The notes below the pieces were generated by a model. That model saw only the letters and a list, made by a program, of their open reading frames with translations, ran no database searches and was not told where the DNA came from. A DNA stretch of 64,000 bases from Rhizophagus irregularis. Lineage: Eukaryota. Positions 27,154 through 38,887 of the stretch are shown in pieces. The stretch's first letter is position 1; the number at the start of each line of letters is the position of its first letter. Position numbers and translations under genes: made by a program. Location of the stretch: assembly GCF_026210795.1 (NCBI RefSeq), contig NC_089431.1, positions 5,766,001 through 5,830,000 of the forward strand, written 5' to 3'.

Positions 27154-29227
27154 ATGCATAGGAACCTCAATACTAGATCTCAACAAAAAGAATCAGATTC
27201 CCGTTCTCACTCACATCGTTCTCATCAATGATCCCATTCACGTTGTTCCCATCGTCGTTCTCACTCACGTCGTTCTCATCAACGATCCCATTCACGTCGT
27301 TCCCATCGTCGTTCTCACTCACGTCGTTCACATCGTCATTCTCATTCACGTCGTTCCCATTATCGTTCCCAACCTCGTAGTCGTAGTCATTCCCAATCTC
27401 GTAGTCGTAGTTATTCCCAATCTCGTAGTCGTAGTCGTAGTCGTTCCCAATCTCGTAGTCACCGATTACGACAACAACATATCTCTCCATCCCATTCTAG
27501 TTCCCCTATCCGTTCACGTCGACATCATCGATCACATAAATCACAATCTAGATCCCACAGTTCTAACCATCATCGATCCTATTATGAAGTATCTGATTCT
27601 AATGATCAATTTACCACTCTCTCATCCAAAGATTCATCACCACAAAATAGAGGGAGATCATTAACAAAAAGTAATATTATTTAAATTAGTCTTAATTACA
27701 TTTCAAAACATATACCGATTTAACATAATTATTATAGGAACACTTACAAATCAATCTTCGATATTGCAAAATCAACCTTCCTCTTCAATTACTCCGGCTC
27801 TAAATAGCGGTATTATTTCCCTCACGCTCCTATTCTGACTTACATGTAAAAAAAAAATTTCAAAATGAATTATATTAAATACTGACTTATAATAGGTGGC
27901 ATTGAAAACCAAGAAATTCAAGAATTAAGAAATGTAATCTTAAATCTCACACAACGCTTAAATAACCTAACCGAAAAAAATGCTAGTCATGAAGAACCTT
28001 TAGTTAATCGTCCCAATAGAAGCTTATCGCCTATTCTTATTAGAGAACAGAAACGTGAGCTGCCACTCATGTCAAGTAATTATAAGAAGACACTTCACGT
28101 AAATATACATTTTTATTAAAATTTATCTTTATTAAATTAAATATTTGATCATTTAATGACTGTTTTATTAAATAGGATGAAGTAGTCCATATTCTCAATA
28201 ATCTTAATCAGTCGCTTCAATTCGACCTATCAAAGACGTACAGTGAACAAAAAAAAACAATAGAAAGAAAACTTTTGCCAGCAGTAAAATCGGCCATGAA
28301 TCCTTCTATTGTAGCATATGATATAGAGATAGTAAGAATCATAAAACAATTGCATAAATCTCGCCGAGAGATTTGGAAACTGCAAAAAGAGGGTAAAATG
28401 CCGGAATATACCAAAAGACAACACATGATATCCAGAAGGGATCAGGTATAAAATTCATTATTTAATAATAAAAACATATACAATTAATTAATTTTTTAAT
28501 TTACTCTTCAATAGAAGATGTCCCGGCGCAGAAGAGGATTGCAGCACATGATATCGACACGAGACAAACTTTTGACTGAATGCCAACCTCGTAACTTAAA
28601 ATGGGAAGAATTTATCAAAGATTGTATAAAGGCGACTAATACTTCAGACATACACTCGGACGAATGGTCCACAGAAGACGAGGAATTAGCAAACAAAGAA
28701 CGCAGTAAAAATACAAGATCAGGTCGATTAATTAACAATAATTCAGTAATAAAGATTTACGACAAGAAGTGGCGGTCGTCGGGAGTATGCGAAGTCGTGA
28801 TGTTATTAATGAATATAACATTTATGCTTAATAAATTATAAATTTTTATTAGATTCAAAAAATTCTACATCGATCGGAAGAAATTGGTATTAGCATCGGA
28901 TCTGGTTTAAGTCGTCCACGTTACCGCTCAGATGAAAATTTTGACAAAAAAAGCAAACCAAAGGAGAACATTCCCAGTTGGTGGATTTCGTCAAGCTGGG
29001 TTGCACAAGAATCCGACGAAGATGGTGATGAAGAGGATAATAGTGACGATGATAACAATGACGATAACAATGACGACAATAACGACAAAGATAAAAACAA
29101 TGCTAGTAACGATAAAAACGACAATAACGTTAACGATGATAATAACGATAAGAATGATGACGATAAGAATGATGACGATAAGAAAACCGATAATAATGAT
29201 TATATTTTTATCGATGACAGGCGATGA
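27154..29227 (+). pseudogene. CACTA accessory protein copy A2 (paralog of A1) with an early TGA in the RS/H repeat exon
   Basis: LLPAVKSAMNPS, KQLHKSRR, RRDQ|KM, HSDEWSTEDE, KWRS and SWWISSSW match A1. CAA TGA near 27228 where the neighbouring repeat has CAA CGA. Confidence 0.7.
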
Positions 29228-29507
29228 AAAGGATGATCCATTTCGACTAGTGGTTCCAAAAGAAATTATTAGGAGATCAACTACTAAAAAACGTTCTCTT
29301 TTAAAAAGTGAAAGAAAATAGTAAGATGATTATAGCACATAGTAATAATAAATATAGCAAGAATATAATAATAAATATATCATAAACTGCAAAATAAAAA
29401 AACGTATATTACAATGTGTTCATATAAATTAAAATCGGTCAATAATAGAAAAAAACGGGTAATGATGAATTACGAAAAAATCAAAAATAGAAAGATTCTG
29501 GCTTACT

Positions 29508-29830
29508 CGAAATAAAAACAGGCATAGATTATTTTAAGTATTGCTCTTACTGATCTATGAATCGGCATTTCTATTCAAATCTATTTGTGATCGAAATAAA
29601 AACAGGCATAGATTATTTTAAGTATTGTTCTTACTGATCTATGAATCGGCATTCCTTTTCAAATCTATTTGTGATCGAAATAAAAACAGGCATATGTTAT
29701 TTTAAGTATTGCTCTTACCGATCTATGAATCGGCATTCCTTTTCAAAACTATTTGTGATCGAAATAAAAACAGGCATATGTTATTTTAAGTATTGTTCTT
29801 ACTGATCTATATATCGGCATTTCTATTTGT
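29508..29830. repeat. Right subterminal tandem repeats (4 x 84 bp)
   Basis: CGAAATAAAAACAGGCAT at 29508, 29592, 29676 and 29760. Confidence 0.9.
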
Positions 29831-30959
29831 GAGAATGGCATGATTATCGCAGTCCGATTTTGGATGATTACTGCATGAATCTGCATGGTAGTGTAAGTCT
29901 GTTGTGCCAATTTATAAATCGGCACTTATTTTTTGAAAAATTATTATACGAATCGGTACAATAGGCAGTCCGATTTGGGAGATTATTGAAGAATCGGCAG
30001 GTAATATAAAATGTTTGTTGTTCTGATTTAAAAATCGGCACTTCTATATGTTATGAATCAGCATGTTTATTTTCATGCCGGCAGTCTGATTGTGATGATA
30101 TTTTGTAAATTTATTTACAAGTCGGCAGTCCGATTATTGTTTGAATCGGCATGATGGTTTAAAATGCGGCATTCCTATTTTTTGTCATTAAAAAGAGGAA
30201 TTTCTATTTTTAGCAATTCGCGCCATAAAATCGGCTGAATAAAGCCACGAATCAGACAAATACAGCCAAAAATCGGCAGTCCGATATTTGACCGATTTTT
30301 ACTTATTTGACGTGTGAATCTATATCCTATATATCTTTTATCTTTCATATTCTATTATATATTTCATTAATTTGATTTTTTTATTGTTGAAAAAAATTTT
30401 TTTATTATAAAAAAATGTAATATTATTGTGAATTTTTATTTTTTCAAATAATGTAATTAATGTAAATCTATGATTTAAAATAATGTAATACTAATGTAAT
30501 ACTATATGATAAATAAGCCTATTTTTTTTGATTTGTCTTCTTTTTTTTTGCATAAAGTTACAAAAATAAAAAAAAATGGATAGCTCTTATTACTATAAAT
30601 ATTAAATTTATTATTTTGAATTTTATTATTGTAAATCATTTGGAATAATATGTTTTCAACTTTTTATTATATAAAATAAAAATTTTACTTTGAATAAAGA
30701 TAAAAATTAAAAAACTAATAAAAGTTAGTATTTTAATATATATTTTACATTTGTGTGGCTATAAATTTATAAATTAATATAATTTTATATAGGTTCAAAA
30801 AACTTTGATATAACTGTCTTTTTTATAAGATTTGTTTTAAGTTTAGAATTAAAAGACTTTAATATATCTGAATATCCTTTATTAACTCAATCTGTAGAAT
30901 TAGTTGTTGTTTCATATTTTAGTTCTTCAGTTAAAATATCACTGAATATTATATAAAAG

Positions 30960-33660
30960 AGCATAAAAGACAAAAAAGTTTTATTATTAATCGGTATTAA
31001 GTTAAATATAGCAAAACACAGTTATTTAATACTACTAATTGAATTATAAGAAAAAGAACATTTATTTGCGAGTATACTGAAAAATATAAGCCTAAAAAGT
31101 TAAAATTAATTGACTAATAATGCAACAAAAAATTAAAAAAATAGATAGCAAATGGTATATTAATTTAAGTAAATTAGAAAGTAATAATTTTATATGTATT
31201 ACTTTTATACAATTTGAATATAATCATAAACTACTTACTGATAATATAAGATTTGCTGCAAAATTTTGAATATTTAATTTTCTTATTCAAGATTTATTAA
31301 ATGCCATTCAAAAGATTAAATACAAAAAACAGATTTTTGGTTCAAATGTATTTATCTTATTAAAATTTCTTTTCAAATAATAAAAGGAAGAGTCAATAAT
31401 ATTTGTACAGTTATTAATTAATATTAATAGTAATGACAGATTGTGTAGTATATTTTGGATAATGGCAAATCAAATTAATTTATAGTTTCATTACTTAGCA
31501 GATGTTATTTTAGTAATTTTACATGATAATACTTTAAAAACTAATAAGTATTAGTTATTTACTAATCTACTAATAATATATAAATACTTTTTTTTTTTTA
31601 TTTATATAAAAATAGTATATAAATACAATTATTTATTGTTTTTATTTATATTAGTTAATAATAATAGAAAATTACATTTGGAAGCTTAAGCTTTTTTTAA
31701 ATAATAAAATACAGAAAAGTTATGAATAGGATTTACAACAGATATTAGATATAACAGAATCTGAACTAAAGGTTATTTTAATTAATATAGATCCAGCCAT
31801 AAACATTGCATATAAGAAAATATCTATCATATCTATTGTATTTGATATATATCTTAAAATTTGCTCAAATAATTTAAAGTTATAAACTTTAATTAATTTA
31901 TTCATAATTTCTGAAAAATATGAAACTCATTATGTGTAAACATTTTTGAGCAATGATTTCAATCTTTATTGAAAAATTTTTCTAATAGTAATGAGTATTT
32001 CAATTGTATAATCAATGTGGCATTCTTGAACACATACATTTATAAACTAAATATTTATAGCTGAAATGCAATCAACACAACATATTGAATCAATTAATGC
32101 AATTATTTATAAAACTATTTCTTCTAATTTAACTATAGCTGACGTAATTGAAGCTTTAGATTTTCAAATACAAAAAGAATTAATAAATAAAGATTTTTTA
32201 ATATAAAAATTTAAATTAACAACATTTCATTGACTATTTATTATAAATAATTTCTTTAATACTATTAATAGTGCAATCAAAAAATACTTTTCACCATAAA
32301 TTCTATAAATAAATATATAAATCAGTATTTTATTTATAAATGTAAATAGACTTTTGAATTTATTAATAATTAATTGGTAAGAAATGATTAGTTTAGTGAA
32401 ATTAGAATAAGGAATTAGTTTAAAATTAGGAGTTAGAGTTAGGGTTATGTTAGAATTAGAGTTAAAATTAAAGTTAGAATTAAGGTTATAGATTAGAATT
32501 AAGATAAGAGTTTTTTAATTGAATTTATTATTATATTTATTTTAGAATCAGAATGAATTTAATGAATATAATGTTAAATCTAATAATAATTAAATAGTAA
32601 GATATATTTAATATATTTTGTATTTATGTTTAAAATTTTCTTGATGTATTTTATACATCTTAGAATATGGGTAATAAATAAAAAGAAAATTATAATTTTT
32701 GGCAAATATATTTAAAGACATTAATTAGTTCTATTTCAAGAGAATAATCAAAGATGTATAGTAAGTTATTTCTTATATGGTACTAACTTCATACTAATAT
32801 ATTTTAATCTTTAATAATGAAACTTATTTATATATATATTTATTATTAGTTTCACATGGAATTGTATGTCACCATTATTTTAAATTAATAATTAAGAAAT
32901 GAAAATTCAAATACTTTATTTCATATAATATTAATGTCAATATAAAAATGGTAAATAGTTTTTTTTTAAACTTATCCAGTTCTAACAGTTTTTAAAAGTT
33001 TTTTGAAAAGTAATAAAGCTATACATCCAAATTTTTATTATGTTACAGAATTAGTTAAAGATCAAAATATGGCAAAATTTGGGTTTAATTCAATCAGTCA
33101 ATTTAGAATTATATAGGTTTTTATAGGTTTTTATGACAAAAGTTTTAAGACTGCAGTCTTTAAGCTAATTTGATCTCTGCTGGTCTTAGAAAAAATAAGA
33201 TAAAGGCCAAATTTTGCCACTTTTTAGTCTTTAGCCAATTCTGCTATATTACAAAAAATTGAGTGTGTAGCCTTGTTATTTTTTTGAAAAATTTTTAAAG
33301 ACTGAAAAAGATCAAAAGACCATTTTTCATTTTTATACCAACAGAATAACTTTAAGGCAATATCTAAAATTATATTAACTCTATTTTTAATGAACCATTT
33401 ATTAATACATTATCTAAAAATTTAAATTAAATTCAAGTTAATAATATTTAGAAATCTAATTCCATTTTAAGGTATCATAATAACATTTAGATTTAATAAT
33501 ATATACAAAAAAAAAATTGAATATGATTAACTTATAAAACATTTTAAATAAGCTTTAAATCATTTATTGAAAAATAATAACCCAAAAAATTTGGATAATA
33601 TTTTATTAGCTTATATTCATAAAAAAGAATAAAAGTACAAGAATAGTTACAATTAAAAAA
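30960..33660 (+). pseudogene. Heavily decayed FAR1/MULE transposase with SWIM finger
   Basis: Remnant translations FICEYTEKYKPKK...KWYINLS...EYNH, IFWIMANQINL, LHDNT.KTNKY, MQSTQHIESINAII, LVSHGIVCHHYFKL...FHIILM. Many stops; extremely AT-rich. Confidence 0.65.
32941..33337. mobile_element. Foldback MITE-like insertion in the MULE relic
   Basis: Ends TATAAAAATG...CATTTTTATA. 32995-33085 is the imperfect inverse of 33203-33300. It interrupts the SWIM-adjacent coding remnant. TSD uncertain. Confidence 0.55.
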
Positions 33661-33679
33661 GAAAAAATACCATTCTTAA

Positions 33680-34523
33680 TAGAGTTCCAAACAGGTTGAC
33701 CAAATTCAGGTAACCTGACAGGTTGACCTGAATTTATCAGGTCAGGTTTAGCAATTGCAATTCAGTATCAGTTCAGGTTGTAATATCAATATAACCTGAA
33801 TGACCTGTTGACCTGAAACTATGATTTTATATAATATAAGTGATGGTATTATATTCACTTTTTATATTAATTTTATATAATAAAAGTGAGTTGTGATATT
33901 AGGATTCACTTTTTTATATTGATTTTATATATAAAAAGTGAATTGCGATATCGGGATTCACTTTTTTATATTGATTTTATATATAAAAAGTGAATTGCAG
34001 TATCAGAATTCACTTTTTTTATATTGATTTTATATAAAAAAAGCTAATTGCAATATTGCGATTCACCTTTTTATATTTTAATATAAAAAAGTGAATCGCA
34101 ATATTTTCAAAAAAAATGTATTGCATCATTTTTTTTTTGATATTTTAATAAAAAACCTGAAAATTTCCAGGTTTCAGTTCAGGTTAGGTCAAACAGATAA
34201 CCTAACACTGGTAAAAAAATGGTCTATCCTACACATATCCTATACATATCTTACATATATCGGGTACTCAAAATGTAGAAAATCATACACAAATAATACA
34301 CATATCATACACATATCGGGTACTTATATATATAGTATACCTATCAGGTACCTGATATATGTATGATATATATATTAGTACCCGATATGTGTATGATATA
34401 TGTATTATTTGTGTATGATTTTCTACATTTTAAGTACCCAATATGTGTAAGATATGTGTAGGATAAATCATTTTTTTACCAGTGTAATATAACCTGACCT
34501 AACCTGACCCATTTAGAACTCTA
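33680..34523. mobile_element. hAT-type MITE, 8-bp TSD ATTCTTAA, with internal ~52-bp palindromic tandem repeats
   Basis: TIRs TAGAGTTCCAAA / TTTAGAACTCTA. TSD at 33672-33679 and 34524-34531. ACCTGA/TCAGGT subterminal motifs; ATTCACTTTT..AAAAGTGAAT units at 33853-34100. Confidence 0.85.
34206..34484. mobile_element. CACTA-type palindromic MITE nested in the hAT MITE, 3-bp TSD TAA
   Basis: CACTGGTAAAAAAA...TTTTTTTACCAGTG with TAA on both sides; arms of ~110 bp are near-perfect inverses. Confidence 0.88.
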
Positions 34524-34885
34524 ATTCTTAATAATAATATAAATTTGGATAATAAAATAAAGTTATCTAATAAGTATATCAATAAAGTATCAAGGTAAAA
34601 GTAAATCTAATACTATAAAAAAAATAAAGTGAATTAAAAAAAAATGTATATGAGATAAATGGTAATATAAATGATAATAGTAATATTATTAATAAATGTA
34701 CTTTTAAATATTTTAATAAAAGGAATAGCTAATTTGTATACTATATCAACTTTAATTGTATTTATAAAAAATTATATGTAAAATTTTAATAAAGTATTAT
34801 ATGGTATTACATGATAATAGATCATATGATCATATACAGACCCCTATACTAAATTACTGGATTTCATAAAATTTACTTAATAATA

Positions 34886-35050
34886 CAGTCAAACCTCTAT
34901 GTACCGATCCCTGGTGTACTGATAATTTCCTGTATTGATAAATTTTCATTGTCCCATTTCACATATAATAAAAAAACTGCGTTGTATTGATATTGTATAT
35001 AATTTCGCGATGTAACGTATACTGATACTTTTTCTTGGCTCCTTTATAAT
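34886..35050 (+). mobile_element. Left end of a Tc1/mariner(pogo)-type element, truncated
   Basis: TA then CAGTCAAACCTCTATGTACCGAT; no matching right end found. Confidence 0.5.
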
Positions 35051-35096
35051 AACATTTATCAGGCATTTACTAATTGGTGATTTATGTTAGTACAAC

Positions 35097-38000
35097 TAGG
35101 GATGTGGACGGTTCCATCGGTTCCGTTCCAGTTCTGCTGAGCGGTGAAACTGGCTCCGAGCTCAGTTTCATGGAACGGCTCTAGTCGGTTTGAGTATGTT
35201 CGAGTCGGCTCAAGTCGGTTAAATTTGATCTATAATTAATGACGATCCAATCATCTACATTCGTTACTAATTTAGTAATAGCCTTAAAAATATTGCCAAT
35301 TTAATTGGTTTTTTAAAGTTGCACACTTTGTTTAAATAAACGCAACTGAAAATAAAAAAATTATTGTAATTTCGGTAATCGCCTCTTTTTCTTATGCCAA
35401 ATAAATCAAGACACTTATTATTTACTATTATATATTTGGCTAACTTTATATATTTATTTATTAAAATGTTTTTTTTTTGACATCAGTGAAAAATAACGAA
35501 ATTTGAGTTAGTGGCATTGTAAAGTAAAGTAAAAAAAAACCGAATAACAGCTAGGCTAACTGGCTAAGTAAAAAAAAATTATTATTTGACTAGCTTATTA
35601 TTAATCCAACTTTTCATACACAGACAAACTCTTGCAGTTTCCGGCAATAAACGATTCCGGGTTTTAGTGATTGTATTTCCAGCTACCGAAAATGCTTGTT
35701 CCGACGCAACGCTCATTGCTTGAATACAAAGAAAATCTCGCGCAATGTTACATAATACCGGGAATTCGTTAGAATGCGCTTGCCACCATGTTAGAGGATC
35801 GGTCCCCTCATCAATTGGTAGTTGAAGATACCGATTCAATTCTTCAAATTCTACTGCTGGAATTACTGGAGAAATTTCGTCGCTGGTTTGGTCAATTTCT
35901 TCATTTATTTGTTGCAATCGTGCAAAATACTGGCGTGTACTATTAGGAGCATATTGTTTTGTATTCGTAAGTAAGGACCATTCTTTATATGTATTGTATG
36001 TGTCTTGAATATGTTGGAGAGCACTTAGTCTTGACTCATCCGAGAATATTGTAAGTTTATTTTGAGGGTCCAGAATTGCAGAAGTAATCGAAGATTTATC
36101 CATAATCATCCAATATTGTCTTATTTTCCGGTGTATCAAAGTTGCCATTTCACGTTGCGTAAAGGTCTCATTTTCCATATTTTTTGTTAGATGTGCCTGG
36201 ATTCCCGAAAAAATAAAGCGAGTCTCACCCATCGTTGAATAAGATGATGCCGACAAATATTTGGTAGCTTTTTCTAGGGGTTCAAGAAGCAAGAGCGTAT
36301 CCTATTTAAAAATAAGTAATATTAATTTTTTTTTAAAAAAAAATTGGTGCATTATTTTTTTTTTAATAATATTAAATTTTCTAAAATTTAATAGAAATTA
36401 TTTACTTTGATAGCAATCCAATCGTCATCATTTGGGTAAAAAGCATGAATTGATCAATTATCAGCTACTAGTAAAACTAGTGCTGGTTCAAGTACCTCCA
36501 AACGCCTCAACATATAATAGGTAGAGTTCCAGCGTGTCTCTACATCAATAATAGGTTTAAGGTACTTAATTTCTTTTAAGTTGCACAAGAGGCGAAGATT
36601 ATCACATAGACAGGTCGAATTTTTAATGCTATTCATTAGTTTACGAGCCTTTTTAATGGAATCGTTAACTAGTTTTAGTCCCTCTTTCACACCTAAGTTT
36701 AGGACGTGTGCAGCGCACCGGTAGTGAGAAAAAATCATGGATGAAAACCCATCATCCATATCTAAAGCAATCTCTCTCCCGCAAACTATCATAGCAGATT
36801 CATTATCTGTTGTGAGCGCGACGATTTTATTGGAAATATTGAACTCCTCCAAAGTTCGCATTATTTCTCTTGCCATATTTGCTCCAGAATGGCTAACTGT
36901 AAAAGGGACGATATCAAGAAGAAAATTCTGGAGTTTCCAATTGGAATCCACATAATGTATAGTGAGTCCTAAAAACGCCTCCTGATTTATGGTAGACGTC
37001 CACATATCTGCCGTTAACGCGAATTTTCCTTTGATTTTATGGAGTTCGTTGATAACTGCGTCTCTTCGGTTTGTAAATGTAGCGATTATTAAGTCTATTT
37101 AAATAGAAAGAAAATTAGATGTTATTATGTGAGTTTTAAAAAGTTTTTTAAAATAAATTACCTTTTGCCTTATGTCTATCAGGAATAATATATCGCGGGC
37201 AGAAAAAATTGATGAACATTTTAAAATAATGGTTTTCAACAACCGTGAATGGCTGAAGGTCACAGATCAACCAATCAGTAAGGTATTTATCGTGAATTTG
37301 TTGTTCTTCTTCATCAAAAGGATCTCTTTTTTCAATTACAACGTATTTTTTCTTAGGTACACTTAAACTATGTTTATTAAGATACTTTCGCAAAGTACTA
37401 ATGCTCGTTGTTATTCTGTATCTATTGGAACATATTTTGCAAATATTATAGCCTGGAGCATATGACGGATTTTTATCAAAGTATTGCCATACAGCACTTC
37501 CTAACGTAGTTGTTATATCCGAAGCGTCAGTATCTGATCCTATATTCATACATGACAACTGGCTAGCTGTCTCATCAAGGTCTAAAACATCTTCCCACTC
37601 TTCATCAAACTCTTCATCATCAAGCACTAAATCTTTTTGGTCGGGAACAAATTCTTCGTCACTTAATGACATTCCGAGATGAGAGTGGATTTTTTTAAGT
37701 AATCTTTTTAGATTATCAGTATTTATTTATTACAGATTATTTTTTAGGCAAATCATCATATTGATAGGGACGATTATGTTAATTTCATAGTATATGGGAT
37801 CAAATACAAGTTTCTTAACCGATTAATTATTATTTCAACTTAAAGGAACAATCAAAATTTCCTATTTTGTATATTTATAATTATCGTAAATTTCCCGTTT
37901 AATTCAAACATTTTTCAGTTCTTTGATTATTGGTGAATTTTTTCGTATGGTGTTTTAAAAAATAATCGTAAGAATTAGAAAACTTTTGCCTTTTAGCATC

Positions 38001-38350
38001 TAACCAATGTAAAATATATTTGATCTTTGACGAATAATTGAAATGGTTATATTATTTGTCTTTTTATTATTTAACTGAAAAAAAAAATTAAAAAAAATCA
38101 ATGACGTAATTATGATATAATATTTATATTATGACGTATTTCTGAAAAATAATATCATCCATTTTTGATTTCAGCCAATTGGCGTAACAACAAACGACCA
38201 TTATAATATTATATATAATTATAAACCGAACCGAACTGCTCGAGTCAAACGGTTCAGTTCTAGAGAACCGGAACCAGTTCTCGGTTCTGGCTCAGTTCTC
38301 AGTTCGGAACCGTGCTCGAGCTGCTCATTTGTGGAACTTCCCCATCCCTA
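35097..38350. mobile_element. hAT DNA transposon, 3.25 kb
   Basis: TIRs TAGGGATG / CATCCCTA, GGTTC/GAACC-rich subterminal motifs, internal hAT transposase. The 8-bp flanks do not match (AGTACAAC vs CCGATTGG). Confidence 0.85.
35582..37672 (-). pseudogene. hAT (BED zinc finger) transposase with in-frame stop (exons 37672-37162, 37094-36406, 36301-35582)
   Basis: WQYF..CKIC BED finger, LTADMWT, TTDNES, CAAH, TRWNSTYYML, WW...FP.L, SVASEQAFS. TGA at 36454-36456. Confidence 0.88.
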
Positions 38351-38813
38351 CCGATTGGTACCTGATTGGCATTTTCGCCAAATACCGTCACCAATCAGGC
38401 AGTTTGCTAACTTTTGATCCAGTGATCAGAAAAGAATGAAATATAGCTCGTTGGAATCGTCTTAACATGACGAATCTAATGGTAGTAAAATCGCATCTCT
38501 AGGATTAATAGTTAATAAAAAATTAAATAAAATATAAATGATACATTTTTATTTTTATATTTTACTTAATTTCTCATCAAGTATTAATCCTAGAAATGAG
38601 ATTTTACTACCATTAGATTTGTCATGTTGAGACGATTCCAATGAGCTATATTTCACCTTTTCTGATTACTGGATCAAAAGTTAGCAAACTGCCTGATTGG
38701 TGATGATATTTGGTGAAATTGCCAATCAGGCACCAATCGGTCACCAATCAGGCACCAATTAGCTACCTGATTGGTGACCGATTGGTGCCTGATTTTTCAC
38801 TTTTTGACCTGTG
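38351..38813. mobile_element. CACTA-type foldback MITE lacking ~70 bp of its left arm
   Basis: 38351-38520 is the inverse of ~38575-38740. Right terminus TTTTGACCTGTG (reverse complement CACAGGTCAAAA). The left arm stops exactly at the hAT TIR. Confidence 0.75.
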
Positions 38814-38887
38814 TAAGTTTTGAAAAAAAAATTCAAAACTTTATAAAAAAAAACGTTTTCTAACATTTTTTTTTATATTTTATATAG

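Larger units (their letters stand above)
16552..30316. mobile_element. CACTA/EnSpm (CMC) DNA transposon, ~13.8 kb, with cargo genes
   Basis: Left end CACAGGTCGAATGAAAAAAAATCGG; reverse complement of right end CACACGTCAAATAAGTAAAAAATCGG. AAT flanks both ends (16549-16551, 30317-30319). AATCGG/CCGATT-rich subterminal repeats and an internal Tnp2-type transposase. Confidence 0.8.
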
